Shown here in pieces: positions 28,202 to 38,595 of a DNA stretch of 64,000 nt. The notes under the pieces are model-generated. The model searched no databases. It saw only the letters and a program-made list of their open reading frames with translations, and was not told the DNA's origin. The number at the start of each line of letters is the position of its first letter. Within the stretch, counting starts at the first letter, position 1. Made by a program: the position numbers and the translations under genes. Source of the DNA: Candidatus Latescibacterota bacterium (GTDB lineage: Bacteria; Latescibacterota; UBA2968; UBA8231); the NCBI GenBank assembly GCA_965217585.1, contig OZ244561.1, positions 3,936,001 to 4,000,000 of the forward strand, given 5' to 3'.

Positions 28202-29374
28202 ATGCACTACTTTCGCCACTTACAAGCCCACAAAACCCGGAGAAAGACGATTTTGAACGCATGGCACAGGACAAGCGTACTATTGTTGGCGGCAGCTTTG
28301 GGGGCTTGCAGTGTGCAAGTGGGCGGGCAAGACGAGGGCGACAGCTCAGATCCAGCCGCCCAAGCCGACAGCACGGCCGCCGATAGCCTATCCAAGCTCA
28401 TAGAAGCAGTGCCCGTCGAAGTCGTCCTCGCACACACGGGCGAAATTTCCGCGCATCTGCGCTTCAACTCAACCATCGAAACCGAGGCAGCCGTCGAGAT
28501 TTACCCCCAAATCAGCGGCCTCATCAAACAGCTTAGAGTCGAGGAGGGCGAGCGCGTCGAAATGGGCGACACCCTCCTCCGCATCGAGGACAAGCAGTTG
28601 CGCATCGCCGCGGAGGAAGCCCAAGCCAACTACCACTATCAGCAGACCGGCTTCAAGCGCACCGAGGCCATGTTTGAGCGCAACCTCATCAGCGACCAAG
28701 AATTCGAAACCACCAAATACAACTTTGAACAATCCCGCCTTCGGCTAGAGCGCGCTCGCCTAGAGTTGGAATACGCAGAAGTCATCGCGCCGTTTTCCGG
28801 CGTGATCACCGAGCGCTACGTGCAAGTCGGCGCTCGGGTGGGGCCGAGTAGCAAGCTCTACGACCTAATCAAGCTCGACGACCTGATCGCCCGCGTCTTT
28901 GCACCCGGCCAGTACCTCACCACCGTCGGCAACGGCCAGCAGGCCCTCATCACCTCGGATTTTTTGCCCGACAAGCAGTTCCACGGCTGGGTCAAGCGCA
29001 TCAGCCCCGTAGTCGATCCGAGGAGCGGCACCTTCAAGGTCACGGTGGGCTTGCGCGACCGCTGGCAGTACTTGCGGCCCGGCCTCTTCGTCAACGTGCG
29101 CATCGTCACTGCCACGCACACCGACGCCGTGTTAATACCCAAGCAGGCGATCGTGTACGACGGCGGCGACCGGTTCGTGTTCGCCGTCAAGGACACCACG
29201 GCCGCGCGGATCAAGTTGCAGCCTGGATTCGAGGACGCCGACTTTATCGAGGCACTCGCCGACATCGACTCCGGCACCCCGATCATCGTCGTCGGGCAAA
29301 ACGGCCTCAAGGACAGCACGCGGGTGCGCGTGATCAACTCAGCCGACGACACGGGTGACACGGGCCAAGGCTAG
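28202..29374 (+). CDS. RND efflux periplasmic adaptor (MFP) lipoprotein
   Basis: Lipobox LGAC, APFSGVI, ISPVVDPRSGTFKV and LRPGLFV. True start probably about 28253. Confidence 0.9.
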   Translation: MHYFRHLQAHKTRRKTILNAWHRTSVLLLAAALGACSVQVGGQDEGDSSDPAAQADSTAADSLSKLIEAVPVEVVLAHTGEISAHLRFNSTIETEAAVEIYPQISGLIKQLRVEEGERVEMGDTLLRIEDKQLRIAAEEAQANYHYQQTGFKRTEAMFERNLISDQEFETTKYNFEQSRLRLERARLELEYAEVIAPFSGVITERYVQVGARVGPSSKLYDLIKLDDLIARVFAPGQYLTTVGNGQQALITSDFLPDKQFHGWVKRISPVVDPRSGTFKVTVGLRDRWQYLRPGLFVNVRIVTATHTDAVLIPKQAIVYDGGDRFVFAVKDTTAARIKLQPGFEDADFIEALADIDSGTPIIVVGQNGLKDSTRVRVINSADDTGDTGQG

Positions 29375-32300
29375 GCCCGTGCAGCAGCCTATTAGCACAT
29401 CTCGCTTCGCTATTGCAACCCGGCGGCCAGTCGCCATTCTCATGGTGGTGCTGGCCGTCTGCGTTTTCGGCTGGGTCTCCTATCAGCGGCTCTCGCTGAA
29501 CCTGATGCCCGACATTTCCTACCCAACCCTGACGGTACGCACCGAATATCCGGGCACGGCACCGGAGGAAGTCGAGACCCTGCTCTCCCGCCCTTTGGAG
29601 CAGGAACTGGGCATTGTGCCTCATCTCGTCAACATCAGTTCAATCTCCAAGGCCGGGCAGTCGGACATCATCCTCGAATTTGAATGGGACACCGACATGA
29701 ACGCGATGTCCCAAGAGATCCGCGAGAAGGCCGACCGCGTCTGGTTGCCCCAAGACGCCGAGAAACCCCTCCTGCTGCGCTACGATCCTTCCCTAGACCC
29801 GATCATGCGCATCGGCCTGCACGGCCCGCAGGACCTCTACGCGCTGCGCTACCTCGCCGAACACGAAATCAAGCGCGAGCTAGAGGCGCTGGCCGGAGTG
29901 GCGGCGGTCAAGATCAAGGGTGGCTTGGAGGAGGAGATCCACGTCGCGCTCAACGAGCGCCAGATCTCGGTGATGGGCTTGGACATCAACCAGATAAACA
30001 ACCGCCTAGCCCAGAACAACGTCAATTTGCCCGGCGGCAACTTGCGCGAGGGCCAAGTCGAATATCTGATCCGCACGCTCAACGAGTTCGCCACAGTCGA
30101 TGAGATCGCCGAGTTGATCGTGGCGCGGCAGGGCGACGCCGATGTTTATCTGCGCGATATCGCCGAGGTCGTCCGCTCGCACAAGGACCGCGAGATCATC
30201 ACCCGGGTCAACGGCAAAGAGAGCGTCGAGATCGAGATCTACAAGGAAGGCGACGCCAATATCGTCGCCGTCGCCGAAAGGGTTCGCAATACGCTCTTCG
30301 GCTTGCCACAGCAGCGCGAGTACGTGGAGCGGAAGACCCGAGAAGCCCAAGAAATGGCGCAGCGTAGCGAGGCGCAAAAAAAGCAAGAGAGAGAAGAGGC
30401 GCGAAAAAAACAAGAGGCTGAAAAAGCCGCTGCAAAAAAGACCAAGGAGGAGCAACAAAAGGAGGAACTACAGGCGAAGAAGCAGGAGGCGGCCCGCAAG
30501 GCGATGGAGCATTTGCGGATGACCGACTTCATCAGCCACCGCCTGCCCCCGGGAGCCAAGCTGGAGCTGTTGTCCGACCAGTCGGGTTTTATCAAAAATT
30601 CGATCACCGAGGTCCAACTCAATGCGATCATCGGCGGAACGATGGCAGTGCTAGTGCTCTTTGTGTTCTTGCGCAACGTGGTCCACACGCTGATCGTCGG
30701 CCTGACGATTCCGGTGTCGATCATGGCGACCTTTGCGCCGATGTACATGTTCGACGTGTCGCTCAATATCATGTCGCTCGGCGGGTTGGCCCTCGGGATC
30801 GGGATGCTGGTCGATAACTCGATCGTGGTGCTGGAGAGTATCTTCCGCTGTCGAGAGGAAGGCGACGATCTGGTCCAGGCCACCGTCCGCGGCACTCGCG
30901 AGGTCGGCACCGCGGTGTTCGCCTCGACGCTGACGACGATCACGGTGTTTTTTCCCATCGTCTTCGTCGAGGGCGTGGCCGGGCAGATCTTCGGCGATAT
31001 GGCGCTGACGGTCGTATTCTCGCTGTTGGCCTCGTTGGGGGTGGCGCTGTTTTTCATTCCCATGCTAGCCTCGCGCCAAATCGACCGCCAAGGTGGGCTA
31101 GCCGAGCAGATCGATCGCAGCGACTTTCTGCGCCTACAGGCCCTAAGCCGGGCCCGCGCGATATTCGGCGAGTCGGGAAGCCGGTGGCACAAGGCGGCGC
31201 AGGTAGCCCTCTCGCTGCCCTACTTAATCGGCGAGGTGCTGTTGAAGGTGGGGCTGGCCGCGGCAACCCTTGTGGCAGCGGTGCTCAAAGGAGCCTTCCT
31301 CCTCGTCGCCGAGCTGTTATGGTGGCTGATCAAACCCATCGAGTACTTCTGGCTCAAGCGCGAGCGGACCTTTCAGGGCTGGGTTGGTGCTTGGGCCGCG
31401 GAAAGCCGCATTGGCAAGTGGACCTTCTTCGAGCGCGTCTGGCCGGGCATCCTCGGCTTTGAGTCGCCGCGCAGCCTCGGCGAGACCGTGCAGCGCTCCT
31501 GGCACTGGATGAACAGGTCCGAACACCTCGTGTGGAAGGCACTCAAATTCTTGTCGCTACCGCTGGCGCTGGTCTATCTGGCAGTAGTGCGCTTCGTCTT
31601 TGGCACGGTGCTCAGGCTGGTAGGCATCGTCCTCCATGTGGCTCTGATGCTCGTCGGGCTGGTGCTGGTGCTGGTGCTGGTGCTGCTAGGCATCCTGCTG
31701 ATGCCGGTCTTTTTGCCGTTGCTCTTTGTGTTTGAACGCGGCTTCGGGCTGGTGCAGCAGACCTATCCGGCCCTGTTGGGCTGGGCGCTCAGGCAGCGCT
31801 TGCTGATTATCGGCGGTGCCCTAGCCGCCCTGTTGGTCTGCTGGTACAAGCTCCTGCCCGAGCTGGGCACCGAGCTGATTCCCCAGGTCCACCAAGCTGA
31901 ATTCAACCTCGACCTCAGACTGCCGGTGGGTACGCCGCTGGAAGGGACCGCCGAGATCGTGCGCCAGATCGAAGAGATCACCGCCAAACAGCCCCAAGTC
32001 GAGCGAGTGGCGACGACGGTGGGCACCGATCGTTCGGCGAGTTCCTCGGCGGAAGAAGGCGAGCATACCGCCCAGGTAACAATCCGCATGCAGGAGGGGT
32101 CCAGCGCCGCGCAAGAGGCCGCGTTGATCCGGCGTCTGCGGGACGCGGTCGACGATATCCCCGAAATCGAGGTCGAAGTCTCACACCCGGCGCTGTTCAG
32201 CTTCAAGACGCCCATCGAGGTCGAGGTCCGCGGCTACAATCTGCGCCAGTTGCGCCAGTTGAGCTTGGAAGCCGAGTCGCGAATGGCCAGTTTGCCCGGG

Positions 32301-33266
32301 CTGGTCGACGTCAAATCGTCGCTGCAGGCGGGCAACCCCGAGCTACAGATCAGTTACAAACGAGACCAACTCGCGGCCTACGGCCTGTCGCTGCGCAATG
32401 TCGCCGAGCTGGTGCGCCACAAGGTGCAGGGCAAGGTTGCCACCGACTTCCGCCAAGACGAGCGCCAGATCGACGTGCTGGTGCGGCTGCGCGAGAAGGA
32501 TCGCCTAGGGCTCGACGAGTTGCGGAGACTAGTGATCAATCCCAATGCGCCTATTCCGATTCCGCTTTCCGCGGTGGCCGATATCCGGGTCAACGAGGGG
32601 CCGAGCGAGATCCGCCGCATTGACCAGCAGCGCGCCGCGGTGGTCACGGCCAACATCCAAGGCGTCGATCTGGGCACGGCCTCGGGCCTGATCCACGACG
32701 AACTAGGGAAGATGGACTTCCCGGTGGGTTTCGACTTTATGATCAGCGGCCAGAACGAGGAGATGGAGACCTCGTTGCAGAGCCTCTACTTTGCCTTAGT
32801 GCTGGCGATCTTCCTCGTCTATGTGGTGATGGCCAGCCAATTCGAGTCGCTGGTCCATCCCTTCATCATCATGTTCACAGTGCCCCTGGCGCTAATCGGC
32901 GTGGTGGTAGCGCTCTATCTGGCGCAGGTGTCTCTGAGCGTAGTGGTCTTTATCGGCCTGATCATGCTAGCCGGCATCGTCGTCAACAACGCCATCGTGC
33001 TCATTGACTATATCAACACCTTGCGCCGCGCCGGCATGGAGAAGACCGAGGCCATCATCCAGGCCGGTGCCGTGCGGCTGCGCCCGATCACCATGACCAC
33101 TGCAACGACGGTCTTGGGGCTGTTGCCAATGGCCTTGGGGCTGGGCGAGGGGGCCGAGATCCGCACGCCGATGGCCCTGACCGTGATCGCCGGCCTCGTC
33201 TCTTCCACCTTCCTCACCCTCGTGGTGATCCCGACCGTGTATTCGCTGGTCGATCGCCGGGCCTAG
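29355..33266 (+). CDS. RND efflux permease (AcrB/AcrD/AcrF family) with two large insertions
   Basis: GMLVDNSIVVLE, GIVVNNAIVLID and RLRPITMT motifs. Confidence 0.92.
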   Translation: MTRAKARPVQQPISTSRFAIATRRPVAILMVVLAVCVFGWVSYQRLSLNLMPDISYPTLTVRTEYPGTAPEEVETLLSRPLEQELGIVPHLVNISSISKAGQSDIILEFEWDTDMNAMSQEIREKADRVWLPQDAEKPLLLRYDPSLDPIMRIGLHGPQDLYALRYLAEHEIKRELEALAGVAAVKIKGGLEEEIHVALNERQISVMGLDINQINNRLAQNNVNLPGGNLREGQVEYLIRTLNEFATVDEIAELIVARQGDADVYLRDIAEVVRSHKDREIITRVNGKESVEIEIYKEGDANIVAVAERVRNTLFGLPQQREYVERKTREAQEMAQRSEAQKKQEREEARKKQEAEKAAAKKTKEEQQKEELQAKKQEAARKAMEHLRMTDFISHRLPPGAKLELLSDQSGFIKNSITEVQLNAIIGGTMAVLVLFVFLRNVVHTLIVGLTIPVSIMATFAPMYMFDVSLNIMSLGGLALGIGMLVDNSIVVLESIFRCREEGDDLVQATVRGTREVGTAVFASTLTTITVFFPIVFVEGVAGQIFGDMALTVVFSLLASLGVALFFIPMLASRQIDRQGGLAEQIDRSDFLRLQALSRARAIFGESGSRWHKAAQVALSLPYLIGEVLLKVGLAAATLVAAVLKGAFLLVAELLWWLIKPIEYFWLKRERTFQGWVGAWAAESRIGKWTFFERVWPGILGFESPRSLGETVQRSWHWMNRSEHLVWKALKFLSLPLALVYLAVVRFVFGTVLRLVGIVLHVALMLVGLVLVLVLVLLGILLMPVFLPLLFVFERGFGLVQQTYPALLGWALRQRLLIIGGALAALLVCWYKLLPELGTELIPQVHQAEFNLDLRLPVGTPLEGTAEIVRQIEEITAKQPQVERVATTVGTDRSASSSAEEGEHTAQVTIRMQEGSSAAQEAALIRRLRDAVDDIPEIEVEVSHPALFSFKTPIEVEVRGYNLRQLRQLSLEAESRMASLPGLVDVKSSLQAGNPELQISYKRDQLAAYGLSLRNVAELVRHKVQGKVATDFRQDERQIDVLVRLREKDRLGLDELRRLVINPNAPIPIPLSAVADIRVNEGPSEIRRIDQQRAAVVTANIQGVDLGTASGLIHDELGKMDFPVGFDFMISGQNEEMETSLQSLYFALVLAIFLVYVVMASQFESLVHPFIIMFTVPLALIGVVVALYLAQVSLSVVVFIGLIMLAGIVVNNAIVLIDYINTLRRAGMEKTEAIIQAGAVRLRPITMTTATTVLGLLPMALGLGEGAEIRTPMALTVIAGLVSSTFLTLVVIPTVYSLVDRRA

Positions 33267-33275
33267 GAGGAACCG

Positions 33276-36200
33276 ATGGAAAAGCCAAACCAGTACCCCC
33301 TGCCGCGCTTTTCGGTCAACCGGCCGGTGACCGTGGTGATGTCGCTGGTCGCGCTGCTGGTGGTGGGCTATATCGCCTACACGCGGATCCCGCTGACGCT
33401 TTTCCCCGGAGGCTTCGACTATCCCCGGCTCTTTGCCTGGGCCAACTATCCCAACGCCGGAGCGGTCGAAGTCGAACAGAAGGTGGTGCATCACCTCGAA
33501 GAGGCCGTCGCCCAAGTCAGCCAAGTCAAGCGGATTCGCTCCAACGCCTACAGTGGCGGCGGCAATGTCCAAGTCGAGTTCCAGAAGGGCACCGACCTGC
33601 AACTGGCCTTCGCCGAGATGAAAGACCGGCTCGACCGGGTGATGCCCGAGCTGCCGGACGAGATCGAGCAGCTATGGGTCCGGCGCTGGGATCAAAACGA
33701 CATTCCGATCATGGAGGGAGTCATCACCTTCGGAAGCCAATACGCCGATCCGCGCCAGCTCATCGACACCTACGTGGAGCCGGCGTTGCGCCGCGTTGAT
33801 GGGGTCGGCAACATCGAGCTTTGGGGCTCGCCCAGCAAACAGGTGATCGTCGAGTTGGACCAAGGCAAGGTGCGCAGCCACCGGATCAACGTTTTCGAGA
33901 CGCTCAACAGCCTGCGCGCCCAAAACCTCACCGTACCCGGGGGCTGGGTGATCGAGGGTGGCAAGAAGATCTACGTGCGTTCGGTGGGCCGCTTCGAGGA
34001 CATCGAGGAGATCGCCAACACCGTGGTCGATCCCGAGCACCAGCTACGACTGGACGACATCGCCGAGATTTCCTACAAGCAGCCACAGCAAGACTGGGTC
34101 AACCGCATTGACCGCAAGGAGGCGATGGCCTTCGGCGTCACCAAGGCATCGGGTGCCAATGTCGTCGGGGTCGCCGACGGCGTGAAGGAGGCGATGGAGA
34201 AGCTGAAGGATCACCCCCAGCTTGAAGGGCTGGATTTCAAGATGGTCTGGAACCAAGGCGACCAAGTGACCAACTCGGTTGACAATCTCAAAAACTCCGG
34301 CCTGTGGGGTGGGCTGTTCGCGGCCATAGTGCTCTTCTTCTTCTTACGTGCGGTGCGCATCACGCTGATCATCACCTTGGCGATCCCGCTATCGCTTCTG
34401 ACGACGATTATCGCCCTCTACTTCATCGGCTGGTCGTTGAATGTGGCGACGATGATGGGTCTGATGCTGAGCCTAGGACTGGTGGTTGACAACGCCATCG
34501 TCATCGTCGAAAACATCTACCGCAAGCGCCAGGAAGGTATCGCCCCGCGCACGGCTTCGGTTGAAGGGGCCGGCGAGGTGGGGCTGGCCGTGACCATGGC
34601 GACCCTAACGACGGTAGTAGTCTTCCTGCCCCTGATCCTGATGAGCGACGAGCAGATGTTTTCGTTCTGGATGCTCAGAATCGGCCTGCCGGTCATCGTG
34701 GGGCTAGTGGCCTCGCTGCTCATCGCCCTGATCTTTATCCCCCTCGCCGCGCTCAAGCTCTCGACGAAAAAAGAGAGGGGCGAGTCGAGGATGATCCTCT
34801 GGTCCCGCAAACACTACGTGCGCTCGCTGGGCTGGGTGCTGAACAACCGCCTCGACGCCTTCGTCATCGCCTTGGTCCTTTTCGCCAGCATCAAGATCCC
34901 GATGGGTGGCATGGAGCGCACCGACAATCAGGAGCGCAACGAGGTGCGGATGGACTTGGCCTTTGAGATGCCTTCGGGCCAGTCGCTGGACCAAGCCGAG
35001 AAGTTCATGACCGCCGTCGAGGACACGGTGATGGCTCGCAAGGCGGAGTATAACGTCGAGATGCTGCGCACCTATTTCCGCCGTGGCTGGGGCCGGGTGA
35101 CGCTGTTTTTCGCCGAAGAAGAGGACGTGGAGTGGTATGAGGTGGCCTGGGACAATTTGAGCGTCGCGCTGGGCCTGAAGGAACGGGAGTACCTCTCCTA
35201 CAAGGAGGTCGAAAAGGATCTCCGCGAGCGGCTCTACCTGCCGCCGGGCGTCAACTTGCGGGTCAACTGGGAAAACTCCGAGCAGGATCCCCGGGTCAAT
35301 GTCAGCCTGTATGGCGAGGACACCGAGGTGCTGGTCGAGCTGGCCGCCGAGGTCGAACGACGGATGGAGAGCATCCCCGGCTTGCTGTCGGTCAACACCG
35401 ACATGGACCGCGGCGGCACCGAACTACAAGTGCGCCTCGACCGCGACCAAGTGCAGCGTTTCGGCGTAGATCCCCAGATGATTTCGGGGGGCATCGCCTA
35501 CGCACTGCGCGGCACGGATATCAACAAGTTCCACACCGACGACGGCCGCGAGGTCAATATCCGCGTGCAGCTAGCCAGCTACGACAGCCAGAGCCTAGAC
35601 GATCTGCGCAATCAGAGCTTCCCCACCGCTGATGACCGCGAAGTGTCCCTCGAATCGCTGGCGGACATCTACGTCGAGCGCACCCTGGGCAATATCCGGC
35701 GCGAGAACCGGCAGACCATGCTCAATGTCCGCGTCCGCGCCTCCAAGGACCGGGCTCAACATCTTTTCGCCCAAGTCGATCAGGTAATGCAGGGGTTCGA
35801 GATGCCGCGCGGCTATCGTTGGGACAAGGGCACCCGCTTTGTGGAACTGGAGGAGCAGGACCAGTCGCAAAAATTCGCCCTTATCATGTCCGTGACCTTC
35901 GTCTTTTTGCTGATGGGGGTGCTCTTCGAGTCGTTCGTGCTGCCGCTGTCGGTGATCGTGTCGATCCCATTCTCCTTCCTCGGCGTTTACTGGGTTCTAT
36001 ATATAACGGACACGCCCTTTGAGATCATGTCGATGATCGGCTCGGTAATCCTGATCGGCGTGGTGGTCAACAACGCCATCGTGCTGATCGATTTGGCCAA
36101 CCGGCTGCGGGCCGAGGGCAAGTCGCGCTACGACGCGCTGCTGGAGGCCGGCCGCCACCGCTTCCGGCCGATCCTGATGACGACCTTCACCACTGCTTTC

Positions 36201-36419
36201 GGGCTGATCCCAATGGCCGCAGGCAATTCCAAGATGGTGGGTTTGGCCTACGCGCCGCTGGGCAGGACGATGATCGGGGGCCTGCTGGCTTCCATGGTGC
36301 TAACGCTGATGTTGGTGCCGCTGTTTTACACCTTCTTCGATGATTTTCGCACGGCGATGCAGCGGATTATGACGTCGGCGTTTGGGCGGAAAGCGGAGAC
36401 GAGTGAATCATCGTCCTAG
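33276..36419 (+). CDS. Second RND efflux permease (heteromeric pair)
   Basis: GLVVDNAIVIVE, GVVVNNAIVL and RFRPILMT motifs. Confidence 0.92.
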   Translation: MEKPNQYPLPRFSVNRPVTVVMSLVALLVVGYIAYTRIPLTLFPGGFDYPRLFAWANYPNAGAVEVEQKVVHHLEEAVAQVSQVKRIRSNAYSGGGNVQVEFQKGTDLQLAFAEMKDRLDRVMPELPDEIEQLWVRRWDQNDIPIMEGVITFGSQYADPRQLIDTYVEPALRRVDGVGNIELWGSPSKQVIVELDQGKVRSHRINVFETLNSLRAQNLTVPGGWVIEGGKKIYVRSVGRFEDIEEIANTVVDPEHQLRLDDIAEISYKQPQQDWVNRIDRKEAMAFGVTKASGANVVGVADGVKEAMEKLKDHPQLEGLDFKMVWNQGDQVTNSVDNLKNSGLWGGLFAAIVLFFFLRAVRITLIITLAIPLSLLTTIIALYFIGWSLNVATMMGLMLSLGLVVDNAIVIVENIYRKRQEGIAPRTASVEGAGEVGLAVTMATLTTVVVFLPLILMSDEQMFSFWMLRIGLPVIVGLVASLLIALIFIPLAALKLSTKKERGESRMILWSRKHYVRSLGWVLNNRLDAFVIALVLFASIKIPMGGMERTDNQERNEVRMDLAFEMPSGQSLDQAEKFMTAVEDTVMARKAEYNVEMLRTYFRRGWGRVTLFFAEEEDVEWYEVAWDNLSVALGLKEREYLSYKEVEKDLRERLYLPPGVNLRVNWENSEQDPRVNVSLYGEDTEVLVELAAEVERRMESIPGLLSVNTDMDRGGTELQVRLDRDQVQRFGVDPQMISGGIAYALRGTDINKFHTDDGREVNIRVQLASYDSQSLDDLRNQSFPTADDREVSLESLADIYVERTLGNIRRENRQTMLNVRVRASKDRAQHLFAQVDQVMQGFEMPRGYRWDKGTRFVELEEQDQSQKFALIMSVTFVFLLMGVLFESFVLPLSVIVSIPFSFLGVYWVLYITDTPFEIMSMIGSVILIGVVVNNAIVLIDLANRLRAEGKSRYDALLEAGRHRFRPILMTTFTTAFGLIPMAAGNSKMVGLAYAPLGRTMIGGLLASMVLTLMLVPLFYTFFDDFRTAMQRIMTSAFGRKAETSESSS

Positions 36420-37898
36420 ACGGAAAACCTGGTAGGACACTGGGGGACAGCCAGCACGGCGGCGATCTATTTCCGCGATCAATTCCCGCTGAGGATACGT
36501 AGCGCGTAGCGATTCGGGTACCTTTCCGCCCGTTCGCACGGCGAAGAGCACTGCTTCTGGATAGGGCGCCTTGCGCTGTCCGTAAAAATCCGTCAAATCC
36601 CGGAATCTCGGATCATCGACCGTGTAGTACTCCCGCTCGGCCCGTCCGTAATACGCCAGCGCAAACGGTATGCTGTACTGGGTGCTCAGTAGCGGCAGCG
36701 GTGGAAGAGCCTTCTCCACGTCGGCTGCGAAGCGACGCCAGCCGCTGTACTCGCAGAGCCGTTCGCTCCACGAGTAGGAAGGTTCGCGGACTCGGTCTTT
36801 CTGCGACACCAAACCAACATAGCTTTTGTCCAGCCCGCGGCGCGCGGCGAGATCGCTGTAGAGACCGGGGTATTTCAGTCCTAGGCCGATGGCGAGCGAT
36901 TGCAGCAGTCCAGTAGCGACGACAGCGACGAGCAGCCAGCGTCTGGGCTGTGCGGCGAATGCCACAGGCCACAGGCTCAGCAAGCCCGGCAAGAGCCAGT
37001 TGCCTTTGATCTGACCGCGGCCGAGCGCAAAAAACAAAAAAGCGCCGATGGTGCACAGCGCGGGGAGCAAGGCGAGGAGGTCGCGCTGTTTGACTGCCCG
37101 CACCAAGCCGGCATAGAGCAGGAACAGCAAAAACGGCGACACAAAAAAGAGCGGACTAACCGCAAAGAAGAGCAGGCGCGCGAGGGGATCGCCAAGGTCG
37201 TCGATGCGCGAAAGAGTGATCAGGGTCTGCGGTAGGTAAAAGCCGGTGCTGAGCTGGGCGTAGATGAGCGGTGCGGCGACTGCGAAGGCGGACAGCAGAA
37301 ACGCGGCGAGCAGGCACCAACGCTTCTTGCCGCGTTGGCCGAGCGCGATCCACAGGCCAAGCCCGCCCACGAGAAAGGCGCCCGAGTATTTGCAGAGGAC
37401 GGCCAAACCCGCTGCTATACCCATCCATATATAGGGTCGTAGCGCGTGGGTTGCTGCGGCTTGCCGCGCCATGCACAAGGCCAGCAGCCAACAGGAGACT
37501 AAGAAGCCATCGGGATGCAGGTAGGAGCTAGTGTGCCACGTCCAGTGGCTGAACGCGAAAGCGGCGGCAGCCCACAGCGCCAATCGTTCGGCGAGGCCCT
37601 GCATTCTGCAAAGCCAATAAACGAGTGCAGTAGAAAAAGCGCCCAACAAAGCGGAGGGCAGCCGCAGGAACCACTCTTGGTGCGGGTAGAGCGCATGGGT
37701 CAGCTTGAAAACAGTCAGAGGCAAGAACGCGTAGGAAGCGTCGAGGTTCTGGCCCCAATACCAGTAAACGGCCTCGTCCTTGCCCAGCTCCACATCGGCG
37801 ACCAGCCAGAGCTTGAGCAAGGTATAGGCACCCAGCAGGACGAGGCACCGCAGATTGACGCTGTTGGGGCCGCCGCGTATATTGTGAACCCTTAACAC
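36408..37898 (-). CDS. ArnT/PMT-like (GT83/GT39) integral membrane glycosyltransferase
   Basis: DEAVYWYW, LRLPS, HPD and LCKYSG motifs. Many TM helices. Start uncertain. Confidence 0.8.
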   Translation of the reverse strand: MLRVHNIRGGPNSVNLRCLVLLGAYTLLKLWLVADVELGKDEAVYWYWGQNLDASYAFLPLTVFKLTHALYPHQEWFLRLPSALLGAFSTALVYWLCRMQGLAERLALWAAAAFAFSHWTWHTSSYLHPDGFLVSCWLLALCMARQAAATHALRPYIWMGIAAGLAVLCKYSGAFLVGGLGLWIALGQRGKKRWCLLAAFLLSAFAVAAPLIYAQLSTGFYLPQTLITLSRIDDLGDPLARLLFFAVSPLFFVSPFLLFLLYAGLVRAVKQRDLLALLPALCTIGAFLFFALGRGQIKGNWLLPGLLSLWPVAFAAQPRRWLLVAVVATGLLQSLAIGLGLKYPGLYSDLAARRGLDKSYVGLVSQKDRVREPSYSWSERLCEYSGWRRFAADVEKALPPLPLLSTQYSIPFALAYYGRAEREYYTVDDPRFRDLTDFYGQRKAPYPEAVLFAVRTGGKVPESLRATYPQRELIAEIDRRRAGCPPVSYQVFRLGR

Positions 37899-37932
37899 GG
37901 TAAGAACAATTTAGAATTATGGAGATGTTTTA

Positions 37933-38541
37933 ATGGCCGAAAAAGACGAAAATTTACTCAAAACCCTGCAAGAAAAAGACCTAGAGCAAAGCCTATACAA
38001 AGTGCGCAAAATATTTCTTTGGTCCGACGTCAACGACGAGTCAGCCAAGGGCGTAGTTACTCGCTTGCTGTCGCTAGATACCGACGATCCAACCGCGGAA
38101 ATCGTCCTCTACATCAACAGTCCCGGCGGCTCGGTTCACGACGGCATGGCTATCTACGACGCCATGCTGGCGATTCAGGCGCCCGTTTCCACTGTGTGCA
38201 TGGGCATGGCCATGAGCATGGGCTCGTTCCTGCTCGCAGCCGGCGAGCCGGGGCGGCGCTTCGCCTGGCCGCACGCCCGGATTATGATCCATCAGCCGAG
38301 CCTCCTACACACCATCACCGGCACGGCGATCGACCTCGACATCCGCGCCAAGGAGACGATCCGCTTGCGCGAGGAACTCAACCAGCTCTACGCCAAGCAC
38401 ACCGGCCAAGATGTCGAGAAAATTACCAAGGACACGGACCGCGACTTTTTCATGTCGGCCAAGGAAGCCAAGGTATACGGCCTGCTCGACGACGTAATTA
38501 CCACTACGGCACCCTCGCCCAACGGGTACGTCAAAAAGTAG
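37933..38541 (+). CDS. clpP: ATP-dependent Clp protease proteolytic subunit
   Basis: LYINSPGGSV, AMSMGS (catalytic Ser), IMIHQP and DTDRDFFMSA motifs. Confidence 0.95.
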   Translation: MAEKDENLLKTLQEKDLEQSLYKVRKIFLWSDVNDESAKGVVTRLLSLDTDDPTAEIVLYINSPGGSVHDGMAIYDAMLAIQAPVSTVCMGMAMSMGSFLLAAGEPGRRFAWPHARIMIHQPSLLHTITGTAIDLDIRAKETIRLREELNQLYAKHTGQDVEKITKDTDRDFFMSAKEAKVYGLLDDVITTTAPSPNGYVKK

Positions 38542-38595
38542 CGCCGTCTCTTCGTCTCTCGCTGGTTGCGCCGGTCCCAAACGGGGCCGGCGTTT

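Noticed and set aside
31659-31682. (CTGGTG)4 microsatellite as a contingency locus
   Set aside because: In-frame hexamer encoding LVLVLVLV in a TM helix, so it cannot switch frame.
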